The notes under the pieces are model-generated. The model was not told where the DNA came from and made no database searches. It worked only from the letters and a program-made list of their open reading frames with translations. A stretch of DNA of 64,000 nucleotides from a virus. Lineage: Duplodnaviria > Caudoviricetes. Below are positions 1 through 8,527 of this stretch, in pieces. The translations under genes and the position numbers were made by a program. The stretch covers positions 160,001 through 224,000 of the IMG/VR virus record IMGVR_UViG_3300031088_000008, one strand, 5' to 3'. Within the stretch, counting starts at the first letter, position 1. Every line of letters starts with the position of its first letter.

Positions 1-83
1 TCGTGGTCGTGTCGCTCCGCAATCTGCGAAGCACGTTCAAAGACTTCCTGAGCCTTTGTTGGATCGAAATTATCCAAGGACAT
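1..83 (-). CDS. partial ORF running off the left edge; possible Clp ATPase (ClpA/ClpB) N-terminus
   Basis: ATG at 83 with SD GAAGGAGA; MSLDNFDPTKAQEVFERASQIAERHDH resembles the Clp N-domain start (A..A...HE); adjacent to dnaJ. Confidence 0.4.
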   Translation of the reverse strand, partial: MSLDNFDPTKAQEVFERASQIAERHDH

Positions 84-167
84 GCGTTCTCCTTCACACA
101 GTAGTCGATCTGGAAGAGAACCGCTTTTTGTTCAGTCCTCTTCTAAATAATGCTTAGAGGAGAGAAG

Positions 168-1064
168 TCAAGGGCTCTTTTTGCTTCTTGCTTGCTCAAT
201 CAGATCTTTTTGATCCAGCGTCAGCTTTACGCTCTCAAAGGTTACCTCGACCATCATATCGCCCCTCTTGTCGGGGTTGATGGGCATTCCCTTTCCACCA
301 GCACGGAGACTTTGACCGGGGAGGATGCCTGCGGGCACCTTCATCTTGATCCGCTTTCCGTCGATGGTGGGCACTTCCTTCTCGGTTCCCAGCAGGGCAT
401 CAAAATAGTCGATTGAGATGCTGGTCAGAAGATTGTTGCCCATTCGGATAAAGGAATGATGGGGAACGATGGTGACCTTGACGTACAGGTCGCCGGGAGC
501 CACGTGCTTCATCTGGTCATCGCCCTTGCCCTGAAAGCGAAGCTTGATGCCATCTTGGATGCCGGGCGGAATCTTAAACTGCATCTTCTGCTGGTTCTTG
601 CCCGGCAGATTGTATGAGATGTCAGCGTCCTTGCCTGCAAAGGCCTCTTCCAGCGTGATGCTATATGATAGCACGATGTCGCGGTTCTTGGCGTCCTCGG
701 CAAAGGGGCTCGATCCACGCGACCTCTTCAAGTCGCGCAAGATCTCCTCGATGTCAATGTCCGGCCCACGCTGTCCACCGCGGAAGTGTGGGTTGTTGGC
801 CCACGAGTAAGCACCGCCGCTGCCACCGGTTGGACTGGGACCCGGACCAGGGCGACCCGATCGCATCATCATATCATGCTGGGCGCGCTTCTGCGGATCC
901 TTCAGCGTCTCATAGGCCTCACTGACCTCCTTGAACCGGGCTTCCGCTCCTGGGCTCTTGTTGGTGTCGGGGTGGTATTCTTTTGCCAGCTTTCGATAGG
1001 CACTCTTCAGTGCCGTGTCGTCTGCTGTCTTTTCAACACCTAGGATCGCGTAGAAGTCTTTCAT
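168..1064 (-). CDS. dnaJ: DnaJ-class co-chaperone (type II/CbpA-like, no Zn finger)
   Basis: J-domain DFYAILGV...YHPD, G/P-rich linker, C-terminal domain with GDLYV. Confidence 0.92.
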   Translation of the reverse strand: MKDFYAILGVEKTADDTALKSAYRKLAKEYHPDTNKSPGAEARFKEVSEAYETLKDPQKRAQHDMMMRSGRPGPGPSPTGGSGGAYSWANNPHFRGGQRGPDIDIEEILRDLKRSRGSSPFAEDAKNRDIVLSYSITLEEAFAGKDADISYNLPGKNQQKMQFKIPPGIQDGIKLRFQGKGDDQMKHVAPGDLYVKVTIVPHHSFIRMGNNLLTSISIDYFDALLGTEKEVPTIDGKRIKMKVPAGILPGQSLRAGGKGMPINPDKRGDMMVEVTFESVKLTLDQKDLIEQARSKKSP

Positions 1065-1072
1065 AAGCCCAC

Positions 1073-1100
1073 TCTATAAAGCATTTTGGGCGTCTGTCAA
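1073..1100 (-). promoter_or_regulatory. sigma70-like promoter for dnaJ, near-leaderless
   Basis: TTGACA-N16-TATAGA ending 8 nt before ATG 1064. Confidence 0.55.
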
Positions 1101-1152
1101 AAATTGACGTACCGCCCTCCATATAATTATCGGTAGCAATGAGGAGAACATA

Positions 1153-1488
1153 ATGAGCGTTTTTGAAAAGATCTGGCACGCCAACCGTAAGAGGAGCATG
1201 GAGATCTTTCCACGCCGATTGCTCAAGCTGGGTGAGGAGTATGGTGAGGCAAGTCAGGCCTACCTGAGCATCTCCAGCGAAAAGAACGGCAAGAACAAGA
1301 CGTGGGAGGATGTTCGCGAGGAACTAACCGACTGCATCATCGTCGCAATGGATCTCTACTGCCATGAGATGCCCGACGAGGAGAATGTCACTCTTGAGGA
1401 CAAGGTCGCGCAGTTGAATGCAGACATTGACAGAAAGCTCAAGAAGTGGGATAAGAAGCAAAAAGCCAAGGATGATCTCTCGGAATGA
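1153..1488 (+). CDS. MazG-like nucleotide pyrophosphohydrolase domain protein
   Basis: KLGEEYGEA...VREELTDCII EExxE/ExxD motif; SD GAGGAG. Confidence 0.65.
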   Translation: MSVFEKIWHANRKRSMEIFPRRLLKLGEEYGEASQAYLSISSEKNGKNKTWEDVREELTDCIIVAMDLYCHEMPDEENVTLEDKVAQLNADIDRKLKKWDKKQKAKDDLSE

Positions 1489-1790
1489 AATACGTTCAAG
1501 CGACCAAGCCTGAAAAGCACAACGGTGGGTCGTTCTTTGAACATGAGATCCATATTGATTGTGCCGATTGGCGCCTCAATATGAAGCAGCGTGTGATTGA
1601 GTTCATGGCCGAAAGTTCAGACCAAAAGCACGTGGACTACAGAGTTAGTTCTACCTCTCGTCGGGAAGAGTGGCCCAAGGACGAACCCCAAAATCCCTGG
1701 GCAGGAAAGTGGAGACTGACCCCAGTTACCATTGTGCGCTTTCAGGACAAGAACAAAGCCCTGATGTTCAAGCTGGCTTTTGTTCCCTAA
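1485..1790 (+). CDS. FKLxW-family small protein
   Basis: ends FQDKNKALMFKLAFVP; ATGA overlap. Confidence 0.8.
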   Translation: MKYVQATKPEKHNGGSFFEHEIHIDCADWRLNMKQRVIEFMAESSDQKHVDYRVSSTSRREEWPKDEPQNPWAGKWRLTPVTIVRFQDKNKALMFKLAFVP

Positions 1791-1831
1791 GAATATTGAA
1801 CTTTCCATGTGGGTGAGCGCAACAAACCCAC

Positions 1832-2512
1832 ATGGAATATTCATTCAAAGATCGCACACCCGAACAGCGTGGTGAAAACTGGTTTGGTCATCAGATCTCC
1901 TTGTTCGTAGAGCGAGTGAGGGAAACTGAGCTACAGGACTTCCTAAAGGAAGCATTTGGAGCCAAGGGCCAAAAGTGGCGTCTTCACAAGCCCCCACTAT
2001 ATTCCTTCTATGATAACCCAGAGACCATTGTTCGCTTTACCAGCAAACAGGATGCCATCCGTTTCAAGCTGAGCTGGAACGAAGACGCCAAGATAGACTA
2101 CGCGGAAAAGATGCGTACTTGGATGGGAAAGCTCACCCTCAACAGTCATTTTGGCAAAGTCATGACCGGTTCCCAACGGCGTGGCGCAATGTCGGCCAAC
2201 GCTCCAACGTGGACTCTGCCTCTGATAAGCCAGACCACTCCTGGCATCTTTCCCACAATGCACCAGTATAAGAGTCGTGGTCTCAATCCCTGCAATGAGA
2301 TCGTCATGCTGGATTATGAATCCACTGGTGATCCCCTGGCCTGGTATAACCAGTGGGTTGAGAACATGGAGGTTTCCACCTGGTCCCAATATGTAATGAT
2401 GCTCGATTCGGAGATACGACGTGAAGACCAATTCAAGCAAGCCTCGTTGGCGATCAAGTCGGATGAAGAGGCGCCACTTCAAGCTGGGCTTTCAATTCCA
2501 CCTGATGCCTGA
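1832..2512 (+). CDS. FKLxW-family domain with C-terminal extension containing PolB/RNR-like motif snippets
   Basis: FTSKQDAIRFKLSW at about residues 70-83, then KLTLNSHFGK, GSQRRGAM, GLNPCNEI. Confidence 0.75.
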   Translation: MEYSFKDRTPEQRGENWFGHQISLFVERVRETELQDFLKEAFGAKGQKWRLHKPPLYSFYDNPETIVRFTSKQDAIRFKLSWNEDAKIDYAEKMRTWMGKLTLNSHFGKVMTGSQRRGAMSANAPTWTLPLISQTTPGIFPTMHQYKSRGLNPCNEIVMLDYESTGDPLAWYNQWVENMEVSTWSQYVMMLDSEIRREDQFKQASLAIKSDEEAPLQAGLSIPPDA

Positions 2513-2897
2513 GCGCATGGAAGAGCTCGAGGCTCTTCTGATAAAGGCAAATCTCAACGATAGCTCACTGATGCGCCTCGACTACAAAGAGCGCTATCCG
2601 GGGTTCGATGAGTACCCATACGATACCCTGATCAGCTTTCAGCATGCCAAGCACGCCACGTGGTTCAAGCTCGTGTGGGTCCCCTGTGTTCCCTATGAGA
2701 AGACGGCGTTCGGCAGGGTTATCCTGCCCATTATTCGACGCGTGATGCCCAGGGTGATTGCTCAGGATATTCTCGGGGTATCGCCCATGCAGGCTCCACA
2801 TAGCAGCATCTACACCATGCGGGCCAAATACGCCGCATCCCAGCCAGCGCCACCCACTTTTGGATTGCCTAAGTCCTTAGCGGAAGATAAGGACTGA
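2463..2897 (+). CDS. FKLxW-family domain fused to a major-capsid (gp23 Gol-like) fragment; start uncertain (2463 or 2505)
   Basis: FQHAKHATWFKLVW then VILPIIRRVMPRVIAQDILGVSPMQAP. Confidence 0.75.
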   Translation: MKRRHFKLGFQFHLMPERMEELEALLIKANLNDSSLMRLDYKERYPGFDEYPYDTLISFQHAKHATWFKLVWVPCVPYEKTAFGRVILPIIRRVMPRVIAQDILGVSPMQAPHSSIYTMRAKYAASQPAPPTFGLPKSLAEDKD

Positions 2898-3087
2898 AGG
2901 CGCGCCTCTGGGCAGTTCTTAATTGAGATATGTGGATTTCCATGCTATTCCGGTTCAGCCCGCTGGAAGGGGCTATCCGAAAACATGCAATCTGCATGTA
3001 CCAAGTAAGCCCTGTCCGGAGTAGCTATTATATATGGGATCAGAATGATTCAGAGGGAATCAGAGAGATCGATGAAGAGGAGACAAG

Positions 3088-3552
3088 ATGCCACACATAT
3101 TCTGTGACTTTGATGGAGTGCTGGTTGATTTCGAACGAGGATTCGAGATGCAATACGGCAAAAAGCACAATGAGGTGCCCGAGTTCGTGATGTGGAAGAT
3201 CATCAAGGACAACATGGCCCACTGGGAGCAGCTTCCCGCTATGCCAGGCGCACTTCAGCTGTGGGCCTACATTTCCAAATATGAGCCAACGATCCTGAGC
3301 GGCTGTCCATCCAGTGGAATGCAGCAGGCTGCCGATGGCAAGACCATCTGGAAGAATCGTGAGCTTGGTCTCCACGTTCCAATCATCACCTGCTTGTCGC
3401 GTTACAAGCCCAAGCACATGAAGGCGCCAGGGGATATCCTGATCGACGACATGGAAAAGAACACCAATCGGTGGACTGAAGCCGGTGGTGTCGCGATCCT
3501 GCATACCAGCGCCGAGGACACCATTGAGCAGTTGAAGGCTCTGGGCCTGTGA
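3088..3552 (+). CDS. HAD-superfamily 5'(3')-nucleotidase-like protein
   Basis: DFDGVLVDF motif I, ILIDD motif IV; SD GAGGAG. Confidence 0.85.
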   Translation: MPHIFCDFDGVLVDFERGFEMQYGKKHNEVPEFVMWKIIKDNMAHWEQLPAMPGALQLWAYISKYEPTILSGCPSSGMQQAADGKTIWKNRELGLHVPIITCLSRYKPKHMKAPGDILIDDMEKNTNRWTEAGGVAILHTSAEDTIEQLKALGL

Positions 3553-3641
3553 ACAGCGGCGTTATCATCTTCATAGCCATGATGGCCGTTGGGGTGATTG
3601 CCTTGTTGATACTGGCCTTTGCGCCAATGGGAGATAGTTGA
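3549..3641 (+). CDS. small (30 aa) membrane peptide
   Basis: GTG start overlapping the upstream TGA; hydrophobic VIIFIAMMAVGVIALLILAF; stop overlaps the next ATG. Confidence 0.4.
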   Translation: MNSGVIIFIAMMAVGVIALLILAFAPMGDS

Positions 3642-4195
3642 TGATTCCGTTTTGGTTTCAAGCGATCATCTTTGTTCTAGGTATGATGGCAGGAACGAGC
3701 ATCTGTATCGTGATTGCCGCCTACCAGAAAGCTGCCAAAAGTGGGCACAGGAATTCAAGGGTCGTCAATGGTGACATGACCGGCGGTGACGTGGTTGGGC
3801 GATTCAACAACAGGGGAAGTGGCATGGGAACAATGCAAGTCAATGGCCGGACGTTTCACGGCAACAACATCTCGATGGTCGGCGGACGCATCATCGTTGA
3901 TGGCAAGGACGTGACTGATCAGTCGGGCGTGGACATGTCCACCGTTCTAGAGATCAAGGTCCAGGGCGATGTGAAGAACGTTTCCAGTGACCAATCGATC
4001 ACCATCACGGGCAATGTCACGGAGAGCGTGACAGCTCAGGGATCCGTTTCCTGCGGTGACGTGGGTGGTGATGTCAAGGCAAGCGGTTCCGTCTCTTGTG
4101 ACGAGGTTGGCGGAAACGTAGAAGCCGGCGGCAGCGTAAGCTGCGATGACGTCTATGGTTCGGTGAAGGCAGGAGGAAATATCAATTATGGCTGA
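3641..4195 (+). CDS. membrane-anchored protein with beta-helix-like GSVSCxxVGG repeats
   Basis: N-terminal TM helix; three 15-aa repeats GSVSC(G/D)(D/E)VGG(D/N)V. Confidence 0.7.
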   Translation: MIPFWFQAIIFVLGMMAGTSICIVIAAYQKAAKSGHRNSRVVNGDMTGGDVVGRFNNRGSGMGTMQVNGRTFHGNNISMVGGRIIVDGKDVTDQSGVDMSTVLEIKVQGDVKNVSSDQSITITGNVTESVTAQGSVSCGDVGGDVKASGSVSCDEVGGNVEAGGSVSCDDVYGSVKAGGNINYG

Positions 4196-4424
4196 CAAGA
4201 CATTGGGGTACAAGTTGGTACCCATCAAGGAAGAGCGCTCCGGCATGGTCATGACCGCCGCGTTGAACACCTGCTTTATCACAGGCAAAGTGATCACCAG
4301 CATGGGCGGTGGCTGTGGTGCCTCGATGGTTCCCGAGGCCTACAGGGTCTTGGTGGACGATGAAGAGGTCCAGGCTCTTATCCGTCAGAAGATTGCCCTG
4401 CTGGGTAGCAATCCAGTAGGTTGA
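4188..4424 (+). CDS. hypothetical protein
   Basis: 78 aa ORF, SD GGAGG, in operon. Confidence 0.65.
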   Translation: MADKTLGYKLVPIKEERSGMVMTAALNTCFITGKVITSMGGGCGASMVPEAYRVLVDDEEVQALIRQKIALLGSNPVG

Positions 4425-4430
4425 TGGATT

Positions 4431-4637
4431 ATGAGTGACGTGGTCCGTCCTTTCAACGCCCAAGATGGTGGCATCTATTATCTGATAAGAGGTGATATTC
4501 GAACCAACGATTTTGAGATTTTAGCCCAGCGTCAGACTCTCGAGGAGATCAACACGCTGGCTCATAGTCACTTGGCTCCTGGCGAAACGGTTCGAATTAT
4601 GTCGCTTGTCAAAGGCGTCACACGTCCCAAAAACTAG
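4431..4637 (+). CDS. hypothetical protein
   Basis: 68 aa ORF in operon. Confidence 0.6.
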   Translation: MSDVVRPFNAQDGGIYYLIRGDIRTNDFEILAQRQTLEEINTLAHSHLAPGETVRIMSLVKGVTRPKN

Positions 4638-4638
4638 G

Positions 4639-4668
4639 TTGACACATGGAACCCAACCACTATAGAGT
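4639..4668 (+). promoter_or_regulatory. sigma70-like promoter
   Basis: TTGACA-N16-TATAGAGT, same form as the dnaJ promoter. Confidence 0.5.
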
Positions 4669-4806
4669 TGTGGTTCGAAGCAAAGGAAACGTCATGATAT
4701 ATTGGTGCCTTATTTGAGATCGGCAGGGTCCTAACTAGCGCACCATCTTTGATGACGTGACATTTGGCCACCCTGCGAGGTTTTACTCCTTTCAGGGTGG
4801 TTTTCC

Positions 4807-5697
4807 ATGGGCGGAAATGCGTTTCCGGGCTTGCAGATGGTGCGAGTCCGAAGGGAGGATGTTGCCTCCACTGTAAATCATGTTGTATCCGTAATGAACA
4901 TGCCTGGGTTTGATATGGCGTACGCCATGGATAACATGATGGGCAGCGCGGGAAAACAGGCCGACAGCGGCGATCTGGACTTTGCCTTGAACAACAAGGC
5001 AGCCCGGTTTCACGGTGAGGCGGATCTTCCGGTGTTCAGCTTGAGGGCTTTCGCTGAGCGTGCTCGGGAAGTCTTGCCTCCGGGTCATGTTCAGACCAAG
5101 ACCCTCAAGGGTGGTCAGTTTCAGACTGCCTTCCCAGTTGCTGGCGATCCTCAGAAGGGTTTCGTGCAGGTTGACTTCGTGGCCGGTAATCCTGAATGGT
5201 TGAAGTTCAGCCACTTCTCGCCCGGCAAGGATAACAGCCCCTACAAGGGCGTCATGTTGTCCACGATGTTGGGTGTGTTGGCCAAGATGCACAAGGACTT
5301 TGAACTCCAGCAGGATGGGGTCCGTGTCGCGAGAGTGGGCTTCCGCTTTGACTTGGAAAAGGGCTTGTACCGTCAGTGGAAGATGCTGAAGCGGGATGGT
5401 CAGGGCATGAACGTGGTGACCGCAGACGAGTTCGAGACAAGCGTTCCTGGTGCTCCCAGGTTCTCTCGTTTGAACCACGTAACGGAACCCAGTGCTGTCT
5501 TGGAACTCTTGTTTGGTACGCCAGTGGATCACTCGGAGGTCAACACCTTTGAGAAGCTGGTCAGCAAAGTCAGGGCCGTGATGCCGGATCGTTTCGACGA
5601 GGCACGTGAGCGTTTCTTGGAAGCATTCTCGAGGAGTGCGGGCAAGAACGATTACTCGGTCGATGACGTGGCTCTCGATCCAGTTTGGAATGCCTAA
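4807..5697 (+). CDS. Pol-beta superfamily nucleotidyltransferase-like protein
   Basis: MGSAGKQADSGDLDF (hGS..DhD) and downstream VQVDF. Confidence 0.7.
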   Translation: MGGNAFPGLQMVRVRREDVASTVNHVVSVMNMPGFDMAYAMDNMMGSAGKQADSGDLDFALNNKAARFHGEADLPVFSLRAFAERAREVLPPGHVQTKTLKGGQFQTAFPVAGDPQKGFVQVDFVAGNPEWLKFSHFSPGKDNSPYKGVMLSTMLGVLAKMHKDFELQQDGVRVARVGFRFDLEKGLYRQWKMLKRDGQGMNVVTADEFETSVPGAPRFSRLNHVTEPSAVLELLFGTPVDHSEVNTFEKLVSKVRAVMPDRFDEARERFLEAFSRSAGKNDYSVDDVALDPVWNA

Positions 5698-5699
5698 GG

Positions 5700-5719
5700 G
5701 GGTGGCTTAACGGCCACCC
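5700..5719 (+). terminator. GC hairpin, possible terminator
   Basis: GGGTGGC-ttaacg-GCCACCC just after the stop; weak U tract. Confidence 0.4.
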
Positions 5720-5799
5720 TCAACTCTTGCACTCCAGAGTACATGGTACTATATTGAGTTATCGCAGGAAAAGATCGACACGATAGCTTGCGAGGTCCC

Positions 5800-6276
5800 A
5801 TGTCTGGACGACACTATCCAATTACCGCTGGCCGGCAGATGGGCAAGACCAGCATCAGCCAGTCCTTCTTCCAGCACTTCAGCAGCGTTATCTACCCCAA
5901 GATCCTGTTTCCAATGCCATTTTGGCATGACTTTGTTGAGCCAGGTGAGGAAGTCATGCAGCCACTGAGTTACTATACCCAGCGAAAGGCTTGGGAAAGC
6001 AAGTACGATCCCAAGTTCCATCAAAAGGGCGGGGAGATCAAAGTCACTCGCGCTCCCAGTGTGGATAACCTTCCTGCAAAGCGGTGGGTATTGCCTCGCA
6101 TGGATCAGGAAACACGTGAGCTACGAACTGCTCATCGGCGCACGATCCTTGCATGGCTTCGTGAGCAGAACTTCAAGTACCAAGTCTGCATTGTGGAGAT
6201 TGACAAGCGGGAGCGTGAGGTCTTCTTGTTCAAGAAGGAATCCATTGCGCTGATGTTCAAACTTGCGTGGGGCTAA
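5800..6276 (+). CDS. FKLxW-family protein with N-terminal terminase-like Walker A snippet
   Basis: ITAGRQMGKTS near N-terminus; ends FKKESIALMFKLAWG. Confidence 0.8.
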   Translation: MSGRHYPITAGRQMGKTSISQSFFQHFSSVIYPKILFPMPFWHDFVEPGEEVMQPLSYYTQRKAWESKYDPKFHQKGGEIKVTRAPSVDNLPAKRWVLPRMDQETRELRTAHRRTILAWLREQNFKYQVCIVEIDKREREVFLFKKESIALMFKLAWG

Positions 6277-6669
6277 ATGGCAAAAAGAAAAAGTCGTACC
6301 AAGAGCACGAAGGCACGGAGAATGTCCGGCAGGGCATTTCTTAGAAGTTTGAGTGGACGGGGAGGCCCCGTAAGTGCCAAGGCACGGCGAATCAAGAGGC
6401 GTCGGACTTCCAAGTACAAGCGATCAATCAACTATTGGAAGGAGCATGGCAACATGCTGTTCAGTAAGATTGATATACGGTATGCGGAGCGTGTCTGGCT
6501 GGAACACTTTGCCCCCGAGGTTGTTCCCGTCCTAGTGCCCGTTCCAGGCGCCGAACACTCTCCCAGCTACAAAAAGGGACTGTGGGATGGCAAGGCTTGG
6601 TTTGTGCAGTTTGAGACCCGTGAGCTAGCTGGCCAATTTAAGAGTCACGTTTGGGGTCTGAGAATCTAA
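6277..6669 (+). CDS. divergent FKLxW-family protein with very basic N-terminus
   Basis: K/R-rich first 50 aa; ends FETRELAGQFKSHVWG. Confidence 0.65.
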   Translation: MAKRKSRTKSTKARRMSGRAFLRSLSGRGGPVSAKARRIKRRRTSKYKRSINYWKEHGNMLFSKIDIRYAERVWLEHFAPEVVPVLVPVPGAEHSPSYKKGLWDGKAWFVQFETRELAGQFKSHVWGLRI

Positions 6670-6703
6670 CAGCGGTTGACGTTGTTCTATTCATGTAATA
6701 AAA

Positions 6704-6958
6704 GTGTGGCAATTAGACAAAGAGGTTCCAGTGAAAGTTCGCCCCCACAGTGAAGAAGTCCGGTCGGATCTGATCGTTCGGAAGACCAGCATCAAGCGGA
6801 ATGGAACCCACTTTACCGTTGTGCCAGAAGTAAAGAGCTGGCTCCAGGACATGGTCAAGAGCCATTGGTACCTCTATGAGCACAAGGAGTATGGTGGTCT
6901 GAGGATTGCCTTCCATGATCACAACGATGCGATGAAGTTCAAGCTCGCATGGCATTGA
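6704..6958 (+). CDS. FKLxW-family small protein
   Basis: ends FHDHNDAMKFKLAWH. Confidence 0.8.
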   Translation: MWQLDKEVPVKVRPHSEEVRSDLIVRKTSIKRNGTHFTVVPEVKSWLQDMVKSHWYLYEHKEYGGLRIAFHDHNDAMKFKLAWH

Positions 6959-7245
6959 AGCCACTCTTCTACATGCTGGCAAAGCATGGGCCGTGGTCAC
7001 ATCATATTCGCATGAAGAACACCGAGGTCCTTGAAGAAGTGGAAGCCTGGCTGATCTCGTCGGGCAAAAAAGAAAACGTGGATTACGAGGTCTTGATCCA
7101 AGCGATCGACCATCGTCATACCAAGAAGACCTTTGTTACCATGCCATCAGGCCCACAACGTCGCCTTCAGTCCATGGAACCCATTTTGTTCTTGAACGAT
7201 CTGGGATCTGCCACGTACATCAAGCTCACGTGGGGTGGACGATGA
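6949..7245 (+). CDS. FKLxW-family small protein
   Basis: ends LNDLGSATYIKLTWGGR. Confidence 0.75.
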   Translation: MALKPLFYMLAKHGPWSHHIRMKNTEVLEEVEAWLISSGKKENVDYEVLIQAIDHRHTKKTFVTMPSGPQRRLQSMEPILFLNDLGSATYIKLTWGGR

Positions 7246-7616
7246 GCAACGTCTACGAAAACTTCGACGAGGAAATCCTCAAGAAGATCCAGGCGGTTCA
7301 GGACCAGTTTTCCAAACCGGGGGCTGATGGTGCTTCGCTTTTCATTCAGATGCGTGAGCTGCTTCTTCGTCAGAGCGAAATGAACTTTGAGGAAGAGATC
7401 AAAGATCACCCACATGGCATGCCAGTTGCCTTTATTGGCAGATCCGTTGATGACTCTCAGGAACTGGCCATGATGGATTGGATCAAGGCCAATCTGTCAG
7501 ATGACGACTTTGTCCTGATGCCACAAAATGCAAGTGGAAAGTACAAAGAGCACTGGAACTGGATCTACTTCCGGCGGAAGGATCAGGCCATGTTGTTCAA
7601 ACTTACCTGGCTATGA
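7242..7616 (+). CDS. FKLxW-family small protein
   Basis: ends FRRKDQAMLFKLTWL; ATGA overlap. Confidence 0.8.
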   Translation: MSNVYENFDEEILKKIQAVQDQFSKPGADGASLFIQMRELLLRQSEMNFEEEIKDHPHGMPVAFIGRSVDDSQELAMMDWIKANLSDDDFVLMPQNASGKYKEHWNWIYFRRKDQAMLFKLTWL

Positions 7617-7873
7617 ATGCGGTTCAGATACGTCGCAATGGTCCCTGGATGTATCCGGTCCATGAGGTACCGCTGAACAACGTGGTATCATTGGACTGGC
7701 CCAATCAGCCAGCTTTGTTACCAGAGGTAAGGGATTGGCTGGAGTCGCATGTTCTCACGGACGAGCGATACTACAGTGATTGGGTATATTACTGCTATCC
7801 CAGTTATGGCAATGCGGACTTCTTTTTCAAGGATCCCAACACTGCCCTACTGTTCAAGCTAACGTGGGGCTGA
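7613..7873 (+). CDS. FKLxW-family small protein
   Basis: ends FKDPNTALLFKLTWG. Confidence 0.8.
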   Translation: MNAVQIRRNGPWMYPVHEVPLNNVVSLDWPNQPALLPEVRDWLESHVLTDERYYSDWVYYCYPSYGNADFFFKDPNTALLFKLTWG

Positions 7874-8092
7874 TTACTTGTAGCGGAACGTGATCCGACC
7901 TTTGGTCAGGTCATATGGAGTCATCTCCAAATCCACGGCATCGCCGACAAGAACTTTGATGTTGTTCTTACGCATCTTGCCCGAGATATGACCAATAATC
8001 ATTGCGTCATTCTCGAGCCTGATACGAAATAGAGCGTTTGGAAGGATCTCGGTTACTAGACCCTTCATCTTCAGTGTGTCTTCTTTACTCAT
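7874..8092 (-). CDS. infA: translation initiation factor IF-1
   Basis: [12 protein letters not shown]...[17 protein letters not shown]...[14 protein letters not shown]. Confidence 0.95.
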   Translation of the reverse strand: MSKEDTLKMKGLVTEILPNALFRIRLENDAMIIGHISGKMRKNNIKVLVGDAVDLEMTPYDLTKGRITFRYK

Positions 8093-8122
8093 ATCTCTCA
8101 TCATTAAGGAATCTCAGACTAT

Positions 8123-8527
8123 TTACTCTGAGACCTTAATGGTCTGTCCCTCGATGCTTTCGTCATTCATCATGGGCACAATCCACCAAAGGTTGGGGAT
8201 CACATTCTCGGGAAGGTTGTAGGTTTCAACCACTTCCACAATCTCGTCCGTGCAGGTGCGCAGGTACGTCATCGCCTCGCTATTGTAGCAGGAGAAGAAG
8301 TGAACCTTGTAGTCTGGACCCTGAAGGGTAATCCTCAGATCCCAGTCAATGTCCACGCCTGCTTCCTCGATGAACTCCCTCTTCATAGCCATGAAGGAAG
8401 TCTCACCGGGCTCAATCTTTCCACCGATGGCATTGTAGGAACCAGCCTGCCATGCGGGCCGGTTCTTCAAGATCAACGCAACGCGGTCACCCTCGTCGCT
8501 GAAGAGAAGTCCTGCAACGTATTCCAT
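8123..8527 (-). CDS. NUDIX hydrolase
   Basis: Nudix box GGKIEPGETSFMAMKREFIEEAGV. Confidence 0.9.
   Translation of the reverse strand: MEYVAGLLFSDEGDRVALILKNRPAWQAGSYNAIGGKIEPGETSFMAMKREFIEEAGVDIDWDLRITLQGPDYKVHFFSCYNSEAMTYLRTCTDEIVEVVETYNLPENVIPNLWWIVPMMNDESIEGQTIKVSE

Noticed and set aside
1104-1127. TTGACG...TATAAT as a consensus promoter for 1153
   Set aside because: The spacer between the two hexamers is only 12 nt, so this exact pairing is not supported.
2898-3087. 190-bp intergenic gap as a possible ncRNA
   Set aside because: No convincing stems or known RNA motif seen by eye; the overlapping ORF 2930-3190 is out of frame with the HAD gene and likely spurious.
4807-5697. Nucleotidyltransferase as CCA-adding enzyme for the CCA-less tRNA-Leu
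   Set aside because: Lacks the class II CCA signatures (VGG.VRD, RRDFT.N); the host enzyme would suffice.
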